From NCBI GenBank assembly GCA_034520565.1, contig JAXHNL010000002.1:128001-192000 (forward strand): 64,000 bases of DNA. Reading direction: 5' to 3'. The notes under the pieces are model-generated. The model saw only the letters and a program-made list of their open reading frames with translations, was not told where the DNA came from and made no database searches. Position 1 is the stretch's first letter. Each line of letters begins with the position of its first letter. Positions 39,516 to 49,952 of this stretch are shown here, in pieces. This stretch comes from Halodesulfurarchaeum sp. Its GTDB lineage: Archaea > Halobacteriota > Halobacteria > Halobacteriales > Halobacteriaceae. The position numbers and the translations under genes are program-made.

Positions 39516-40762
39516 GTCGCCTCCTCCCCCGCCAGACGGCCGGCGAGTGCTCCAGTCGCGAGACTGATTCCGGTTCCGGAACCCGAGGCGGCAAAATCGA
39601 ACCCACCAATGACGCTGCCGGCGGCCCGGAGGTTCTCAAACTCCGGCACCCCCGCCGCCGACCGGGGTTTGAGCTGCTGGTCGACGGAAACGCCGAACCG
39701 AGCGTAGGGCTGCTCGCCGTACCGGTCCGCGACGGACCAGTGTGTCCGGTCGTCCGGGACCGGAACGTGGCAGTCGAACACCGGCTCCCGAACGGCCTCC
39801 CGATCGGCTTCGAGTCCGGTGCCCACGAACCCTCCGGTGGCGAGCACGAACGAGGACGCGGTGTGGGGAATCCGCTGGCCGTTCCGGTTCACCGTGACTG
39901 ACGTGATCCTGTCCTCGTCAGCTTCGAAATCGACGACGGCGTTCTGGACGACGGCCACGCCCGCCTCGCGCAGCGCACGCCGAAACAGCGTCTCGAGACG
40001 GATTCCTGGCAGGCTCGGTGGGCCCGTCGGCACCTCGAACACGTCCGCATCGAGGGTGGTGGCAAGTTCGGTGAGGATCTCCCCGGCGCCCGTCGGTACG
40101 GAGCACGGCCGGGAGCCCCAATTCGCGGCTCGCCACGGTGGTGGGTCGTGATCTGGTCGGCGAGTTCGGCTCGAGCGTCCCCGTCGTCGATATCGAGTGC
40201 ATGGGCGTACCGAGCTCGCCTTCCTCGCATCCGCCTGGAAGTCGAGTGGAAAGTCCACGGTTACCCCACGGGTCTCGAAAGGAACGCCTGCAGCCGCCAG
40301 GTGGGCCGCGGCGGAGGGGGCGTCGAAGTCCACCAACCCCTTGAACCCGACCAGCAACACGTCCCGGTCGTCGCTCGCGAGGCCCGGGGCGACGCTGGCC
40401 GGGTAGCGGGCAGTCGGTTTGACTGTCCCGCCGTGAGTCGGGACGAGCGCGTTGCGGTCGGTGTGGCCACCTCGATAGGCGTCACCCGTAACCGCGTCGA
40501 ACCGCCGCAAGCCCGCTCTGAGGCCTGCCTCGCCGACGATCGAATAGGGGTGTTCGGCGGGGAGCGTGTCGATTTCCTCGAAGGGATTCGCCACGAGGTC
40601 CCCGTCCACGTACCCGAGAACGTCGGCGAGGCCGGTCGCCTGGCGGAGCGTACTTTGCTTTTTCCTCGCCAATCGCACGGAGGCCCCTTCCTCGGCCGCA
40701 GCGAGCGCGGCGGTCATGCCGGCGATCCCTCCGACGACGAAGACGTCGTCCTCAATCGCCAC
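39512..40762 (-). CDS. glpB: Anaerobic glycerol-3-phosphate dehydrogenase subunit B, with compensating frameshifts at about 40095-40230
   Basis: GTG start MAIEDDV; [35 protein letters not shown]; the central RYAHALD...LGLPAVL segment lies in the two other frames. Confidence 0.8.
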   Translation of the reverse strand: MAIEDDVFVVGGIAGMTAALAAAEEGASVRLARKKQSTLRQATGLADVLGYVDGDLVANPFEEIDTLPAEHPYSIVGEAGLRAGLRRFDAVTGDAYRGGHTDRNALVPTHGGTVKPTARYPASVAPGLASDDRDVLLVGFKGLVDFDAPSAAAHLAAAGVPFETRGVTVDFPLDFQADARKASSVRPCTRYRRRGRSSRTRRPDHDPPPWRAANWGSRPCSVPTGAGEILTELATTLDADVFEVPTGPPSLPGIRLETLFRRALREAGVAVVQNAVVDFEADEDRITSVTVNRNGQRIPHTASSFVLATGGFVGTGLEADREAVREPVFDCHVPVPDDRTHWSVADRYGEQPYARFGVSVDQQLKPRSAAGVPEFENLRAAGSVIGGFDFAASGSGTGISLATGALAGRLAGEEAT

Positions 40763-42467
40763 GGCGATCACCCGGATTGGGGTCGACCGGCTCATCGCCG
40801 GACCCGTCGTCGAACGCCGCCCAATCGACGAATTCGCCGGTGCGGGCCGGATCCCGATCCTCGTTCATCGTGGTTCGAAAGTGCGCGTCGTTCAGCATGA
40901 CCTGGGCGAGCTGGGTTCCCCAGAGCGCGTGGCGCTGGCCCTTCCACCGCTCTGCACGGAGTTCATCGAGCGCTTCACGAGCCGTTTGCTCGTCGTACTC
41001 CCGGTGCAATTCGGCGGCAAGACGATGTCCACAGCGACCGCCCTGACAGTTCCCCATCGAGGCCCGAGTGCGGATTCTGACCGCGTTCAAGTCCGAGCCC
41101 ACCCCCTCGATGGCGTCCTGGATCTCCGCCCGGGTCACCGCCTCACAGTTACAGACGACCGGGTTCGGGTCTACGTCGGCCAGGACGGCCTCGGTCCGGG
41201 ATCCCAGCCGCTCGGTGCTCCGTCGGGCGACGGGCGATCGGAGGCCGAAGCGGTCCATCGCTTTGTCCAGGTCGCCGGGGCGTTCGCTTCCCGGGAGCGG
41301 TACAGAAGCCGTGTCGCTCGTCGCTTCGACCCCCAGTTTCTCGCAGACGTGATCCCCGACTACCTCGGCCATCAGCCGGTAGGTGGTGAGTTTGCCGCCG
41401 ACAATGGTCGTCAGGCCTGCCGTGTCGTCCCGGGTCTCGTGGTCGAGGACGAAGTAGTCCCGGGTGATGTCACTGGAATCGGCCGTGCCGGTTTCCGGCG
41501 GCTCGTAGAGCGGCCTGACGCCCCAGTAAGAGCGAACGGTCCGGGCGTCCCGAATCCCAGGAACGAGTTCGCTCAACTCCGCGATCAGGAGATCGACCTC
41601 CCACTGGGCTTCCGGGTAGGCGTCGGGATCATCCACCTCCACGTCGGTCGTTCCCAGGATCGCTGTCGTCTCGTGTGGGACGACGATATCGGCGTCGCCC
41701 TTGGGCCGGCAGCGGTTGATGACGGTGTCGACGGGACGAGAGTTGAGCACCGTCATGGCCCCCTTCGACGGGCGGACGGCGACGTCGATAGCTGCAAATC
41801 CCGCGATCTGTCCGGCCCAGGCGCCAGCGGCGTTGACGACGTGGTCCGCCCGGATCTCTTCGAGTTCGTCGTTCGTCTCTTCCACGCCGTGACCCGGTTT
41901 CGGCTCGTGAGCGACGACGGCTCCGACGACCGCCTCGTCTTCCACAACGAGATCGACGACCTCGGCGTGGGTGAGAATGCGAGCCCCGTTCTCCTCCGCG
42001 TCGACGGCGTTTGCCACGCAGAGTCGGAAGGGATCGATGGCTGCGTCCGGGACGGTGATCGCCCGTTCCACGGCCGGATCGAGTGCCGGTTCGACCGCTC
42101 TCGCTTCCTCGCCGGACATGACTTCGACCGGAATTCCACAGTCCCGACACGCGGCCACCTTCCGCTCGAAGTACGCCCCGGAGTCCTCCGTTCGCTTCAC
42201 GAAGAGGCCGCCGGTATCCTCGATGCAATGGCCCGCGATGTCACGGAGGATCCGATTTTCCGCGATGCACTCCCTGGCGCTCTCCGGGTCGGAGACGGCA
42301 TAGCGGGCGCCGGAGTGGAGCAGGCCGTGCATCCGGCCGGTCGTCCCACTGGCGAGCGTGCCAGATTCAACGAGGGCCGCGTCGACGCCACGACGGGCGA
42401 GATCGCGAACGAGGCCGGTGCCAGTCGACCCGCCCCCGATCACGAGGACCGCCGTGGAGTGTGCCAT
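40752..42467 (-). CDS. glpA: Anaerobic glycerol-3-phosphate dehydrogenase subunit A
   Basis: [49 protein letters not shown]. Confidence 0.92.
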   Translation of the reverse strand: MAHSTAVLVIGGGSTGTGLVRDLARRGVDAALVESGTLASGTTGRMHGLLHSGARYAVSDPESARECIAENRILRDIAGHCIEDTGGLFVKRTEDSGAYFERKVAACRDCGIPVEVMSGEEARAVEPALDPAVERAITVPDAAIDPFRLCVANAVDAEENGARILTHAEVVDLVVEDEAVVGAVVAHEPKPGHGVEETNDELEEIRADHVVNAAGAWAGQIAGFAAIDVAVRPSKGAMTVLNSRPVDTVINRCRPKGDADIVVPHETTAILGTTDVEVDDPDAYPEAQWEVDLLIAELSELVPGIRDARTVRSYWGVRPLYEPPETGTADSSDITRDYFVLDHETRDDTAGLTTIVGGKLTTYRLMAEVVGDHVCEKLGVEATSDTASVPLPGSERPGDLDKAMDRFGLRSPVARRSTERLGSRTEAVLADVDPNPVVCNCEAVTRAEIQDAIEGVGSDLNAVRIRTRASMGNCQGGRCGHRLAAELHREYDEQTAREALDELRAERWKGQRHALWGTQLAQVMLNDAHFRTTMNEDRDPARTGEFVDWAAFDDGSGDEPVDPNPGDRRGD

Positions 42468-42611
42468 TCGTTCGTGTGCACTCTGTTCGTGTTCTCCCTT
42501 AAGGTTACGCAAGCCGGTGTCGTCCGGGGATCGGAGCCACCGTTTCTCCCCGGCCGGTCCGGGCACGACCGGACGAACGTTTAACAGGTCCGGAGGGATA
42601 CTCACGAGAAA

Positions 42612-42920
42612 ATGGCGACCCAGGCCGTCTTCTTTGACGACGAGTTCGACGTCGTCCTGGCGGACGACGACGTCGACGGGGAGTCAAAGCCCAGCCCAGT
42701 CCCCTACCGTCTGGCGGCGGAATCGATCGGTATCGAACCCGCAACCGCCATCGCGGTCGAAGACTCCCATCATGGCGTCGAGTCGGCCGTCCGGGCGGGA
42801 ATGGAGTGCATTGCACTTTGCGGGGCCGGCAACCGCGAGTCGGACATGTCTGCAGCCGACGCGATCGTCGAAGATGCGGCGGCGCTCCGGAAGTTGCTCG
42901 AGGCACGGTTCTCGAGTTGA
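42612..42920 (+). pseudogene. HAD-superfamily hydrolase with in-frame internal deletion
   Basis: Start of motif I (AVFFD) fused directly to the C-terminal FD......SKPSP..Y / VEDS..GV..A..AGM region; the rest of DxD and the cap are missing. Confidence 0.65.
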
Positions 42921-43341
42921 GTGACGATCATCAGCTCAGGACAAAACACTCAGTCAAAGTGAACCTCCAGTGTGAGCCCGTCTTCCCTCATTCCCCGTGA
43001 GTTATCAAATTATTTCTCCGAGCGATTTCATAATTTTACAAAATAGATTTATTTTAGTTAATAACCAACCAATTTAGTTAATTTCAAATTATCCAGTAAA
43101 AGTATAGTTTATTCGATTTTAATCCTGTTTTTCGTTATCTTTCCAAATATATCATTGATTTATTTCCATAATTACATTTAAAATTGGTTATTGTCGATAC
43201 AGTATTAAGTTAGATGCTATATGTATCTGAAGTCATATTATTTAATTATTCAGTCATATATATAATTTGAACACAATAAATTCCGTCCTCGTCACCGGCC
43301 CCATCGGTGAACTTTAAGAGGTGTCACAGCGTGGATCGCCT

Positions 43342-43524
43342 ATGGCTCGAAAGGTGGCAAAACGAGACGGCTGGAAACCGTTCCTGGTAATTGCCGCCGC
43401 GGGAGCGGCCGGGATCTACGTCGCCTCGACGCTCTCGATCGACACGATCACGAAGACCGCGGCGATGGCCATCATCGGGATCGTCGTGGTCGCCGCCTAC
43501 GAGTATTTCGTCGGGTGGGGCTGA
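43342..43524 (+). CDS. Small two-TM membrane protein
   Basis: 60 aa, two hydrophobic helices, typical high-GC codon usage, TTTAAG upstream. Confidence 0.55.
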   Translation: MARKVAKRDGWKPFLVIAAAGAAGIYVASTLSIDTITKTAAMAIIGIVVVAAYEYFVGWG

Positions 43525-43527
43525 GAA

Positions 43528-44949
43528 TCAGTACTGCATGCCGCCACTGAAGGGCGGTTCGGCGTCCGATGGCAGGGGAGTCTCGTAGCTTCGCTTGCCC
43601 GTCGCCGATTCGAACTCTTCGGTCGCCGCTTCGAGTCGATCAGGTGACGTCATGAGGTCATACGCCGTCCCGGCGAGAACCTTCGCGGCGTACGGAACCG
43701 TCCGCAGGCCGAACCCACCGCTGGCGGCAGTGGCCTGCCAGGTGTGGGCCCGCGCTCCCACAGGCCACGAGGCGACACGGAACTGGGCGGTCGGGGCGAT
43801 CCAGCTCACGTCACTGACGTCAGTCGAGCCCATCATGAGCGGCGCGGCGTCAGTCCGCGAGAACGGTTCGGCAGCGAGAGATTCCCCCTCGACCGCCTCC
43901 CGCACGTCATCTGGAAGGTCGTCGAGGCGCGTGAGTAACGTCTCCGTATCGATCGTCTCGTGGAGTTCGGCGGCGAACTCCCGGTCCTCCTCGTCATAGG
44001 GAATCGGCCCGATATCCTGCATGTTCTCCCACATGAGATCCGCGATCGAGTCGTTCGTGAGGAGTTCCCACGCCCCTGTCACGTAATCGCGCTCAACGCC
44101 AGTTTCGGTCATGAGAGCCGCCCCTTCGGCGATGTTGTCGACACGATTCGTGAGGTTCTCGACCTGGGGACGGGTCGGTGATCGGATGAAGTACCAAACC
44201 GTTGCCTCGGCCGGGACCACGTTCGGCGCACCGCCACCTTCGGTAATGGTGTAGTGGATGCGCGCCCGGTCAGGGGCGTGTTCGCGGAGATATTCGACGC
44301 CCGTGTTCATGAGCTGGACTGCATCGAGGGCGCTCCGGCCCGCTCCCGGAGCCATCGCCGCGTGTGCGGGACTCCCCTTGAACGTGTACTTGATCGAGTC
44401 GACTGCGAGAGAACTGGTCCGCTGGGGACCGGTTACGTCGGCTGGATGCCACGTCAGTGCCGCGTCGAGGTCGTCGAACGCTCCCGCCCGGGCCATGAAC
44501 ACCTTCCCGACGATCGTCTCCTCGGCGGGCGTGCCGTAGAAGCGAACGGTGCCCTCGATCTCGCCGCGGTCGATCGCCTCGGCCAACGCCATCGCCGCGC
44601 CGATGCCTGCGACGCCGAAGAGGTTGTGACCGCAACCGTGTCCCGGTTCGCCGACTTCGACGGCCTCCCGCGTCGTCGAAGCCATCTGAGAGAGTTCCGG
44701 GAGGGCGTCGTACTCGCCGAGAATCCCGATCGTCGGCTCGCCGGTGCCGTAGGTCGCGGTGAACGCCGTCGGCATGCCGCCGACGCCACGCTCGGTAGCG
44801 AAGCCGGCGTCTTCGAGTTCTTCGCGGAGCCGGTTCGCGGCGTATTCCTCCTCGAGTGCGATTTCGGGGTGGTCCCAAATATCACTGGCCAAAGCCCGAA
44901 ATTCGGCACCCCGATCGTCAATAGATTCAAAAACGCGAGATTTTGACAT
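43528..44949 (-). CDS. abgB: M20 amidohydrolase, AbgB (p-aminobenzoyl-glutamate hydrolase B)-like
   Basis: GEYDALP, GHGCGHNL, GTPAEE, GKVFMAR, WHP, GRSALDAV, GSTDVSDVSW..PT, HTWQ. Confidence 0.8.
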   Translation of the reverse strand: MSKSRVFESIDDRGAEFRALASDIWDHPEIALEEEYAANRLREELEDAGFATERGVGGMPTAFTATYGTGEPTIGILGEYDALPELSQMASTTREAVEVGEPGHGCGHNLFGVAGIGAAMALAEAIDRGEIEGTVRFYGTPAEETIVGKVFMARAGAFDDLDAALTWHPADVTGPQRTSSLAVDSIKYTFKGSPAHAAMAPGAGRSALDAVQLMNTGVEYLREHAPDRARIHYTITEGGGAPNVVPAEATVWYFIRSPTRPQVENLTNRVDNIAEGAALMTETGVERDYVTGAWELLTNDSIADLMWENMQDIGPIPYDEEDREFAAELHETIDTETLLTRLDDLPDDVREAVEGESLAAEPFSRTDAAPLMMGSTDVSDVSWIAPTAQFRVASWPVGARAHTWQATAASGGFGLRTVPYAAKVLAGTAYDLMTSPDRLEAATEEFESATGKRSYETPLPSDAEPPFSGGMQY

Positions 44950-45136
44950 TCCTGAATGGAAGTGGACAGCCGTAAATGAATATTTCGAAGCGGGAATTTC
45001 TGGCGGAAAACACGGCCGGCTCCGACGCGAAAACTCTGAGAAGGAACTGTTACCGGGCCATGGACACCAGTTTCGTAGATCGTCCCGAAAAGCGGCAATC
45101 GTAACCCCTTTATCGAACGTATTGCTATCATTTATC

Positions 45137-46438
45137 ATGGGCTCAGATGACATACCCCAACCGCGAGATCTGCTGGTGTTGTTGCCGACCGACCGGGACC
45201 GCGACAAGCTCGGGGACCCACCGGAGGAGTACGAACTCCACTGGTTCGAGGACGAGAACTTCGATTACCCCCAACCGGGCCCCGAGTTCGACATGGTCGA
45301 GTACACGGAACGGGCCTCCGAGTACGTCATGAGCGAGGACATCGATGGCGTGCTTTTCTCCCACGACGTGGCAAACCTCGTTGCCGGGGTGCTCGTGGAC
45401 CGGCACGACCTGCCGGGGCCACCACTCGAGTCGGTCTTCCTCGCCGATCACAAGTACTACTCCCGGAAGAATCAACCAAACGTGCCGTGGTTCGATTACA
45501 TCGACATGGAAACCGGCGAGTGGGGCGATCTGGACGTCCAGTTCCCGGCGTATCTCAAACCACCGTACTTGACGCTAACCCTCCTTCAGTACCGGGTCGA
45601 CAATCAGGAGGAGTACGATGAAGCTATGGAGGTCATCAACCGAGATCTGTCGAAGTACACCGGCCCGTTCAAGGATTTCTTCGAGGCCTACGTGGATACC
45701 GAGAAGTACCCGCTCGCGGCGAAAGACACCATGCTGGTCGAGGAGCCACTCGAGGACTGGACCCAACACTGTGTCGAGGGGTGGATCGATCCCGACGGGG
45801 AGATCCATATCTGGGCCATCTCGGACCACAACTACTACGACGGGAACGAACTCGCCATCGACAACTACTCCACCCCGTCGACGTTGCCGAGCGAGGATCA
45901 GGCAGAGTTGATCGACATCGCCAAGGATGCCATCGTCCAGCACGGCTACGAACACAGTTTCTTTAACGTTGAGGTCTTCAAGCTTGAGGATCGGCACGTC
46001 ATCACCGAGGTCAACGGTCGGACGGCGTCCGTGTGGGAGCCACTCTACCAGGGGGCCTTCGACACCTCGGTTTACGAGGGGATCATTCACCTCGCCGCCA
46101 ACAACCCCGAGCGGACCGCGGCAATCGCCCCGGATTGGCAGCCCGACCCGAACTACGACATGATGGGTGCCCAGTTCCACGTGGTCACCTTCGGCGAAGG
46201 ACCAGCCGAGCAGTACGTTGATTTCGACTATCTCGACTCCTCGGAGGTGGACACGGACATCGAGGTGTTCGTCGAGCCGGGCGACGAGATCGAACAGACC
46301 CGGACCAGCGGGTTCTGGGTGGCCCGCTTCAACCTCTTCGGCGAGGACTACGAGGCGTTGGTCGACCGGGCCGACGAAATCCGGTCGGACATCCTCAAGC
46401 AGCCGGAGGAATCACCGGAACCCGATCGGTACACCTGA
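45137..46438 (+). CDS. ATP-grasp domain protein
   Basis: DHKYYSR, FPAYLKP, LVEE, FFNVEVF, ITEVNGR. Confidence 0.75.
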   Translation: MGSDDIPQPRDLLVLLPTDRDRDKLGDPPEEYELHWFEDENFDYPQPGPEFDMVEYTERASEYVMSEDIDGVLFSHDVANLVAGVLVDRHDLPGPPLESVFLADHKYYSRKNQPNVPWFDYIDMETGEWGDLDVQFPAYLKPPYLTLTLLQYRVDNQEEYDEAMEVINRDLSKYTGPFKDFFEAYVDTEKYPLAAKDTMLVEEPLEDWTQHCVEGWIDPDGEIHIWAISDHNYYDGNELAIDNYSTPSTLPSEDQAELIDIAKDAIVQHGYEHSFFNVEVFKLEDRHVITEVNGRTASVWEPLYQGAFDTSVYEGIIHLAANNPERTAAIAPDWQPDPNYDMMGAQFHVVTFGEGPAEQYVDFDYLDSSEVDTDIEVFVEPGDEIEQTRTSGFWVARFNLFGEDYEALVDRADEIRSDILKQPEESPEPDRYT

Positions 46439-46450
46439 ATCGGCACCCGG

Positions 46451-47086
46451 TCAGTCGAGATATTCCATCGCCTCCTCGTCGCTCACCTGTTCGAACTGCT
46501 CGTAGAACTGGCCGACGGCCCGGAACTGACTCGGTGTCTCAAGACAGACGACCTCGTCGGCCATGTCCTCGAGGGCCGCAATCGTGTCCGGCGGGCCCAC
46601 CGGAACGGCTACGACGATCCCGGCCGCCCCGGCCGCCGCAAGCATCGCCAGACACGCGCGGAGCGTCGAACCGGTGGCGACACCGTCGTCGACCACCGCA
46701 ACACGTCGACCGTCGAGGTCGGGTGGTGATGCCCCGTCGCGGTATCGGTCGGCTTTCGTCCGAGCGGTTTCCGCCTCGCGTTCACGCTCGCGCTCGAAAT
46801 ATGCCTCGCCGGCACCCGTCCGGCCGACCGCCGACTCGTTTCGCCAGACGCTGCCGTCGCTCGCAACGGCGCCGATGGCGTATTCGGGATTGTTCGGGGC
46901 ACCGATCTTCGAGGCAACCACGATGTCGAGTGGGGCCCCCAACGCGTCGGCAACGGCTCGACCGAGTGGCAGCCCGCCCCGCGGAATGGCCAGAACGATA
47001 TCCACGTCGATTCCCCGTTCTCGAAGGGCCTCCCCGAGCTGTTCGCCCGCGTCAGTTCGATCGGTGAATCGCTTGACCGGGGACAT
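46451..47086 (-). CDS. Phosphoribosyltransferase-family protein
   Basis: FTDRTDAG, PRGG, KIGAP.NPE, VVDDGVATGST, AVGQFY..F.QVSDEE. Confidence 0.9.
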   Translation of the reverse strand: MSPVKRFTDRTDAGEQLGEALRERGIDVDIVLAIPRGGLPLGRAVADALGAPLDIVVASKIGAPNNPEYAIGAVASDGSVWRNESAVGRTGAGEAYFEREREREAETARTKADRYRDGASPPDLDGRRVAVVDDGVATGSTLRACLAMLAAAGAAGIVVAVPVGPPDTIAALEDMADEVVCLETPSQFRAVGQFYEQFEQVSDEEAMEYLD

Positions 47087-47249
47087 TGCCTTCACCCGGG
47101 GCTACGGCCCCGCCGATCATAACCTGACTGGCGAATGCGGGCGAATCGAAAAAGCACCGATCACCACCCTGTTCCAGCCATCGAAGTATCACCGAACCAC
47201 CGACGAGTCAACCAAGGGAATATAATCCACTCCGCCTCGAACGACCGGC

Positions 47250-47921
47250 ATGGACGTGATCTGCCACCGGGCCTGTCCCGCCGGGGGCCCGGAGAATTCG
47301 CTCCCGGCCGTCCGCGCTGTGCCCGACTGGGTGGACATGGTCGAAGTCGACGTCCAGCGATGTGCGAGCGGGGAACTGGTCGTCTTCCACGACCGGGTGC
47401 TGGATCGCGTGACGGCTGGAACTGGCGCCATCGCTGGAACCGACTGGAAAGACCTGGAGGAACTGCAACTGGAGGGAACCGACGCAACTGTCCCCAGGCT
47501 TGCGTCCCTCATCGAGGCACTTCCACCGGGAATCGGACTCAACGTCGAACTCAAACACGCCGGCATGGCGACCGATCTCGCCCCGATCCTGAAAGCCGTG
47601 GATCGGAAGGTGCTCGTCTCCTCGTTCGTGCCCCAGGCGATCGTCCCGCTTTCCAAGCGGGGGTTTCAAACGGCCCACCTGATACAGCCGGATCAATCCT
47701 CGAGGTGGGAGAGTGAGCTGGCAGCCGCCGAATCGGTCGGGGCCGAAGCCGTCCACCCGCACTTCGAGGCCGTCGATTCGGCAGCCATCGAGGCGGCACA
47801 CGACCGCGGGCTGGCCGTGAACGCCTGGACGGTTCCTGACGAATCGACGGTGAATCGGCTCCGAGAAGCCGGTGTCGACGGCGTGATCGTCGACGACTGG
47901 CGGCTCGTCGAGTCGGCGTGA
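47250..47921 (+). CDS. Glycerophosphodiester phosphodiesterase (UgpQ/GlpQ family)
   Basis: HRA, PENS, EVDV, HD, NVELK, SSF, AWTV, GVDGVIVD. Confidence 0.85.
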   Translation: MDVICHRACPAGGPENSLPAVRAVPDWVDMVEVDVQRCASGELVVFHDRVLDRVTAGTGAIAGTDWKDLEELQLEGTDATVPRLASLIEALPPGIGLNVELKHAGMATDLAPILKAVDRKVLVSSFVPQAIVPLSKRGFQTAHLIQPDQSSRWESELAAAESVGAEAVHPHFEAVDSAAIEAAHDRGLAVNAWTVPDESTVNRLREAGVDGVIVDDWRLVESA

Positions 47922-47998
47922 AATTCGGGGTCGAACGAGCTTCCCTCCGGCAACCGCCCCAACTCTCTTGTCGAGAGCCCGACTCTTCGATGTCGGGC

Positions 47999-48700
47999 AT
48001 GGCCGAGCACCTCTACACGGACCACCCGGACCTCTACGACGCCATCCAATCGGGGTGGGATTACGACCGAGACGTCTCGTTCGTGCTCGACGCGTTGGAG
48101 CGACACGGTGTGGATGGTCGCCGGCTGCTCGAGATTGGATGCGGAACCGGCGAACACACCTGTCGATTCGACAGTGCGGGCTTCGAGGTGACTGCGGTGG
48201 ACAAGTACGAAGGCATGCTGGATCGTGCTCGGGAAAAGTGCGACCTAAACTATCGCCAGGACGCGTTGCCAGCGCTCTCCGTCGGGGGTAAATACGACAT
48301 TGTCGTCGCCATTCGGGGCGTCATCAACCACGTCCAGCCGGATGCCCTCGAACCAGCAATCGGCGCACTTGCCAGCCGGGTCTCGAATGGCGGGATCCTC
48401 GTGTTCGACAACGCCCCGCTTCCGCCGGGGGGCAACGAACCTGCACTCGACGTTGGGGCGACAGACGCGGGTCAGTACGTTCGAGTCGCCCATCACGCCC
48501 CGGCGGGTTCGGGGACCCTCGACTGGCGGGCGGTCACCTTCACCTCGGACGGTGAATGTTTCGTCAACAGCCGGAAAATGACGCCGTTCGCCGATGGAGC
48601 CATAACTGAGGCACTGGCACAGCACGGGCTCGAGGTCGAAACTCACGACGGCTATGGAGCGGGCGATTCCCGGACTGTGTTCGTCGCGCGTCAGAAGTGA
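47999..48700 (+). CDS. Class I SAM-dependent methyltransferase
   Basis: LLEIGCGTG, VTAVD...ML..AR, GGILVFD. Confidence 0.85.
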   Translation: MAEHLYTDHPDLYDAIQSGWDYDRDVSFVLDALERHGVDGRRLLEIGCGTGEHTCRFDSAGFEVTAVDKYEGMLDRAREKCDLNYRQDALPALSVGGKYDIVVAIRGVINHVQPDALEPAIGALASRVSNGGILVFDNAPLPPGGNEPALDVGATDAGQYVRVAHHAPAGSGTLDWRAVTFTSDGECFVNSRKMTPFADGAITEALAQHGLEVETHDGYGAGDSRTVFVARQK

Positions 48701-48789
48701 TTACCATACTGCACGTCTCTTGGCCCGGCTTTTCGGCCAATCGGACTGGATCCAATGCCATTTTCCCGCGGTCACCCGTCTGTCCGACC

Positions 48790-49578
48790 ATGAACGGCAT
48801 TCTGGATCACGTAATGGTCCGCGTCGCAGACCTCGAAACATCCCTGGACTGGTACCGAACCCACCTCGAGTACGAGGAGAAGGACCGCTACGAAGGGGAG
48901 GACTTCACGATCGTCTATCTCGGCCCGCCGGATCTACACCCGGACGGCGCCATGCTCGAACTGACCCACAACGAGGGCGAAACCCCGGAGATCGGGGACG
49001 CGTGGGGCCACGTCGCGGTTCGGGTCCCGGAAGGGGAACTCGAGTCGGCCTACCAGCAGTTGCTCGACGGCGGCGTTTCGGACTACCGCGACCCGGAATC
49101 CTGCGGCGGTAACTATGCGTTCGTCAAAGATCCGGACGGCCACGAGATCGAGCTCGTGACCCGAAAGGAGGGGGAGATGTGGAGCCTCGATCACACGATG
49201 ATTCGGGTCGAGGACGCCGATCGGACCATCGGCTTCTGGGGGCGGAAGTTCGAGTACGAACTCGCCGGTCGGTGGGAGGCCGACACGTTCGCGAACTTCT
49301 TCCTCGAACCGGCGGATTCCGCCCCGGAAGCGATGGCGGTCGAGTTGACCTACAACTACGACGGGCGGACCTACACGCACCGGGACGGTTGGGGCCATCT
49401 GGCGGTTCGAGCCGACGAGCTGGCGGCCGACTGGGAGACCCTGATGACTCGGGAGGCAGAAGCGTACCGACCACCGGTCGAGAACGACAACCGGTACGGA
49501 TTTACGAAAACCCCGGACGGCCACGAGATCGAGGTACTGGACCGGGATCCGGAAAGCAAGTCGCTGTTTCCGTTTTAG
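48790..49578 (+). CDS. VOC/glyoxalase (lactoylglutathione lyase-like), two-domain
   Basis: Duplicated LDH.M.RV, ELT.N, WGH.AVR, K.PDGHEIE. Confidence 0.85.
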   Translation: MNGILDHVMVRVADLETSLDWYRTHLEYEEKDRYEGEDFTIVYLGPPDLHPDGAMLELTHNEGETPEIGDAWGHVAVRVPEGELESAYQQLLDGGVSDYRDPESCGGNYAFVKDPDGHEIELVTRKEGEMWSLDHTMIRVEDADRTIGFWGRKFEYELAGRWEADTFANFFLEPADSAPEAMAVELTYNYDGRTYTHRDGWGHLAVRADELAADWETLMTREAEAYRPPVENDNRYGFTKTPDGHEIEVLDRDPESKSLFPF

Positions 49579-49611
49579 GTGAGCGGAATCGGTGCTCGTC
49601 AGGAGCGGCGC

Positions 49612-49771
49612 GAGAAGTGGGCTCGGGCAGGCGAACCGGAACCAGACGTGCTCGCTCACCTCCGTTCGCTGCGCGCGACTGATAGGGCTCGACTCCACGT
49701 CACCAATTACGAACGCCATCCCAGACGAAGCGACACGCAACGCGGTCGCTTCGTCGTGGGAGTAGGAGAAA
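49612..49771. repeat. tRNA-associated repeat element with a degenerate copy of the tRNA 3' end and an 11-bp hairpin
   Basis: gagaagtgggctcgggc (49612) vs gagaaatgggctcgggc (49766); perfect inverted repeat gacgaagcgac 49724-49734 / gtcgcttcgtc 49745-49755. Confidence 0.6.
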
Positions 49772-49843
49772 TGGGCTCGGGCGGAGTCGAACCGCCGTCT
49801 CGTCCTTGTAAGGGACGCGTCATAACCACTAGACCACGAGCCC
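49772..49843 (-). tRNA. tRNA-Val (TAC)
   Basis: GGGCTCG TGGTCTAGTGGTTATGA...CGTCC-CTTACAA-GGACG...GGCGG TTCGACT CCGCC CGAGCCC A; cloverleaf, no encoded CCA. Confidence 0.95.
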
Positions 49844-49952
49844 GGTAGGCGTACAAACCGACCCCACGGCAAAAACCTTTGTCGATCCACCGCGCCCGAC
49901 GGAAACAAATCCACCTGTCTTATTATGCAGCGAAAACAACCGAAAAACTAGC

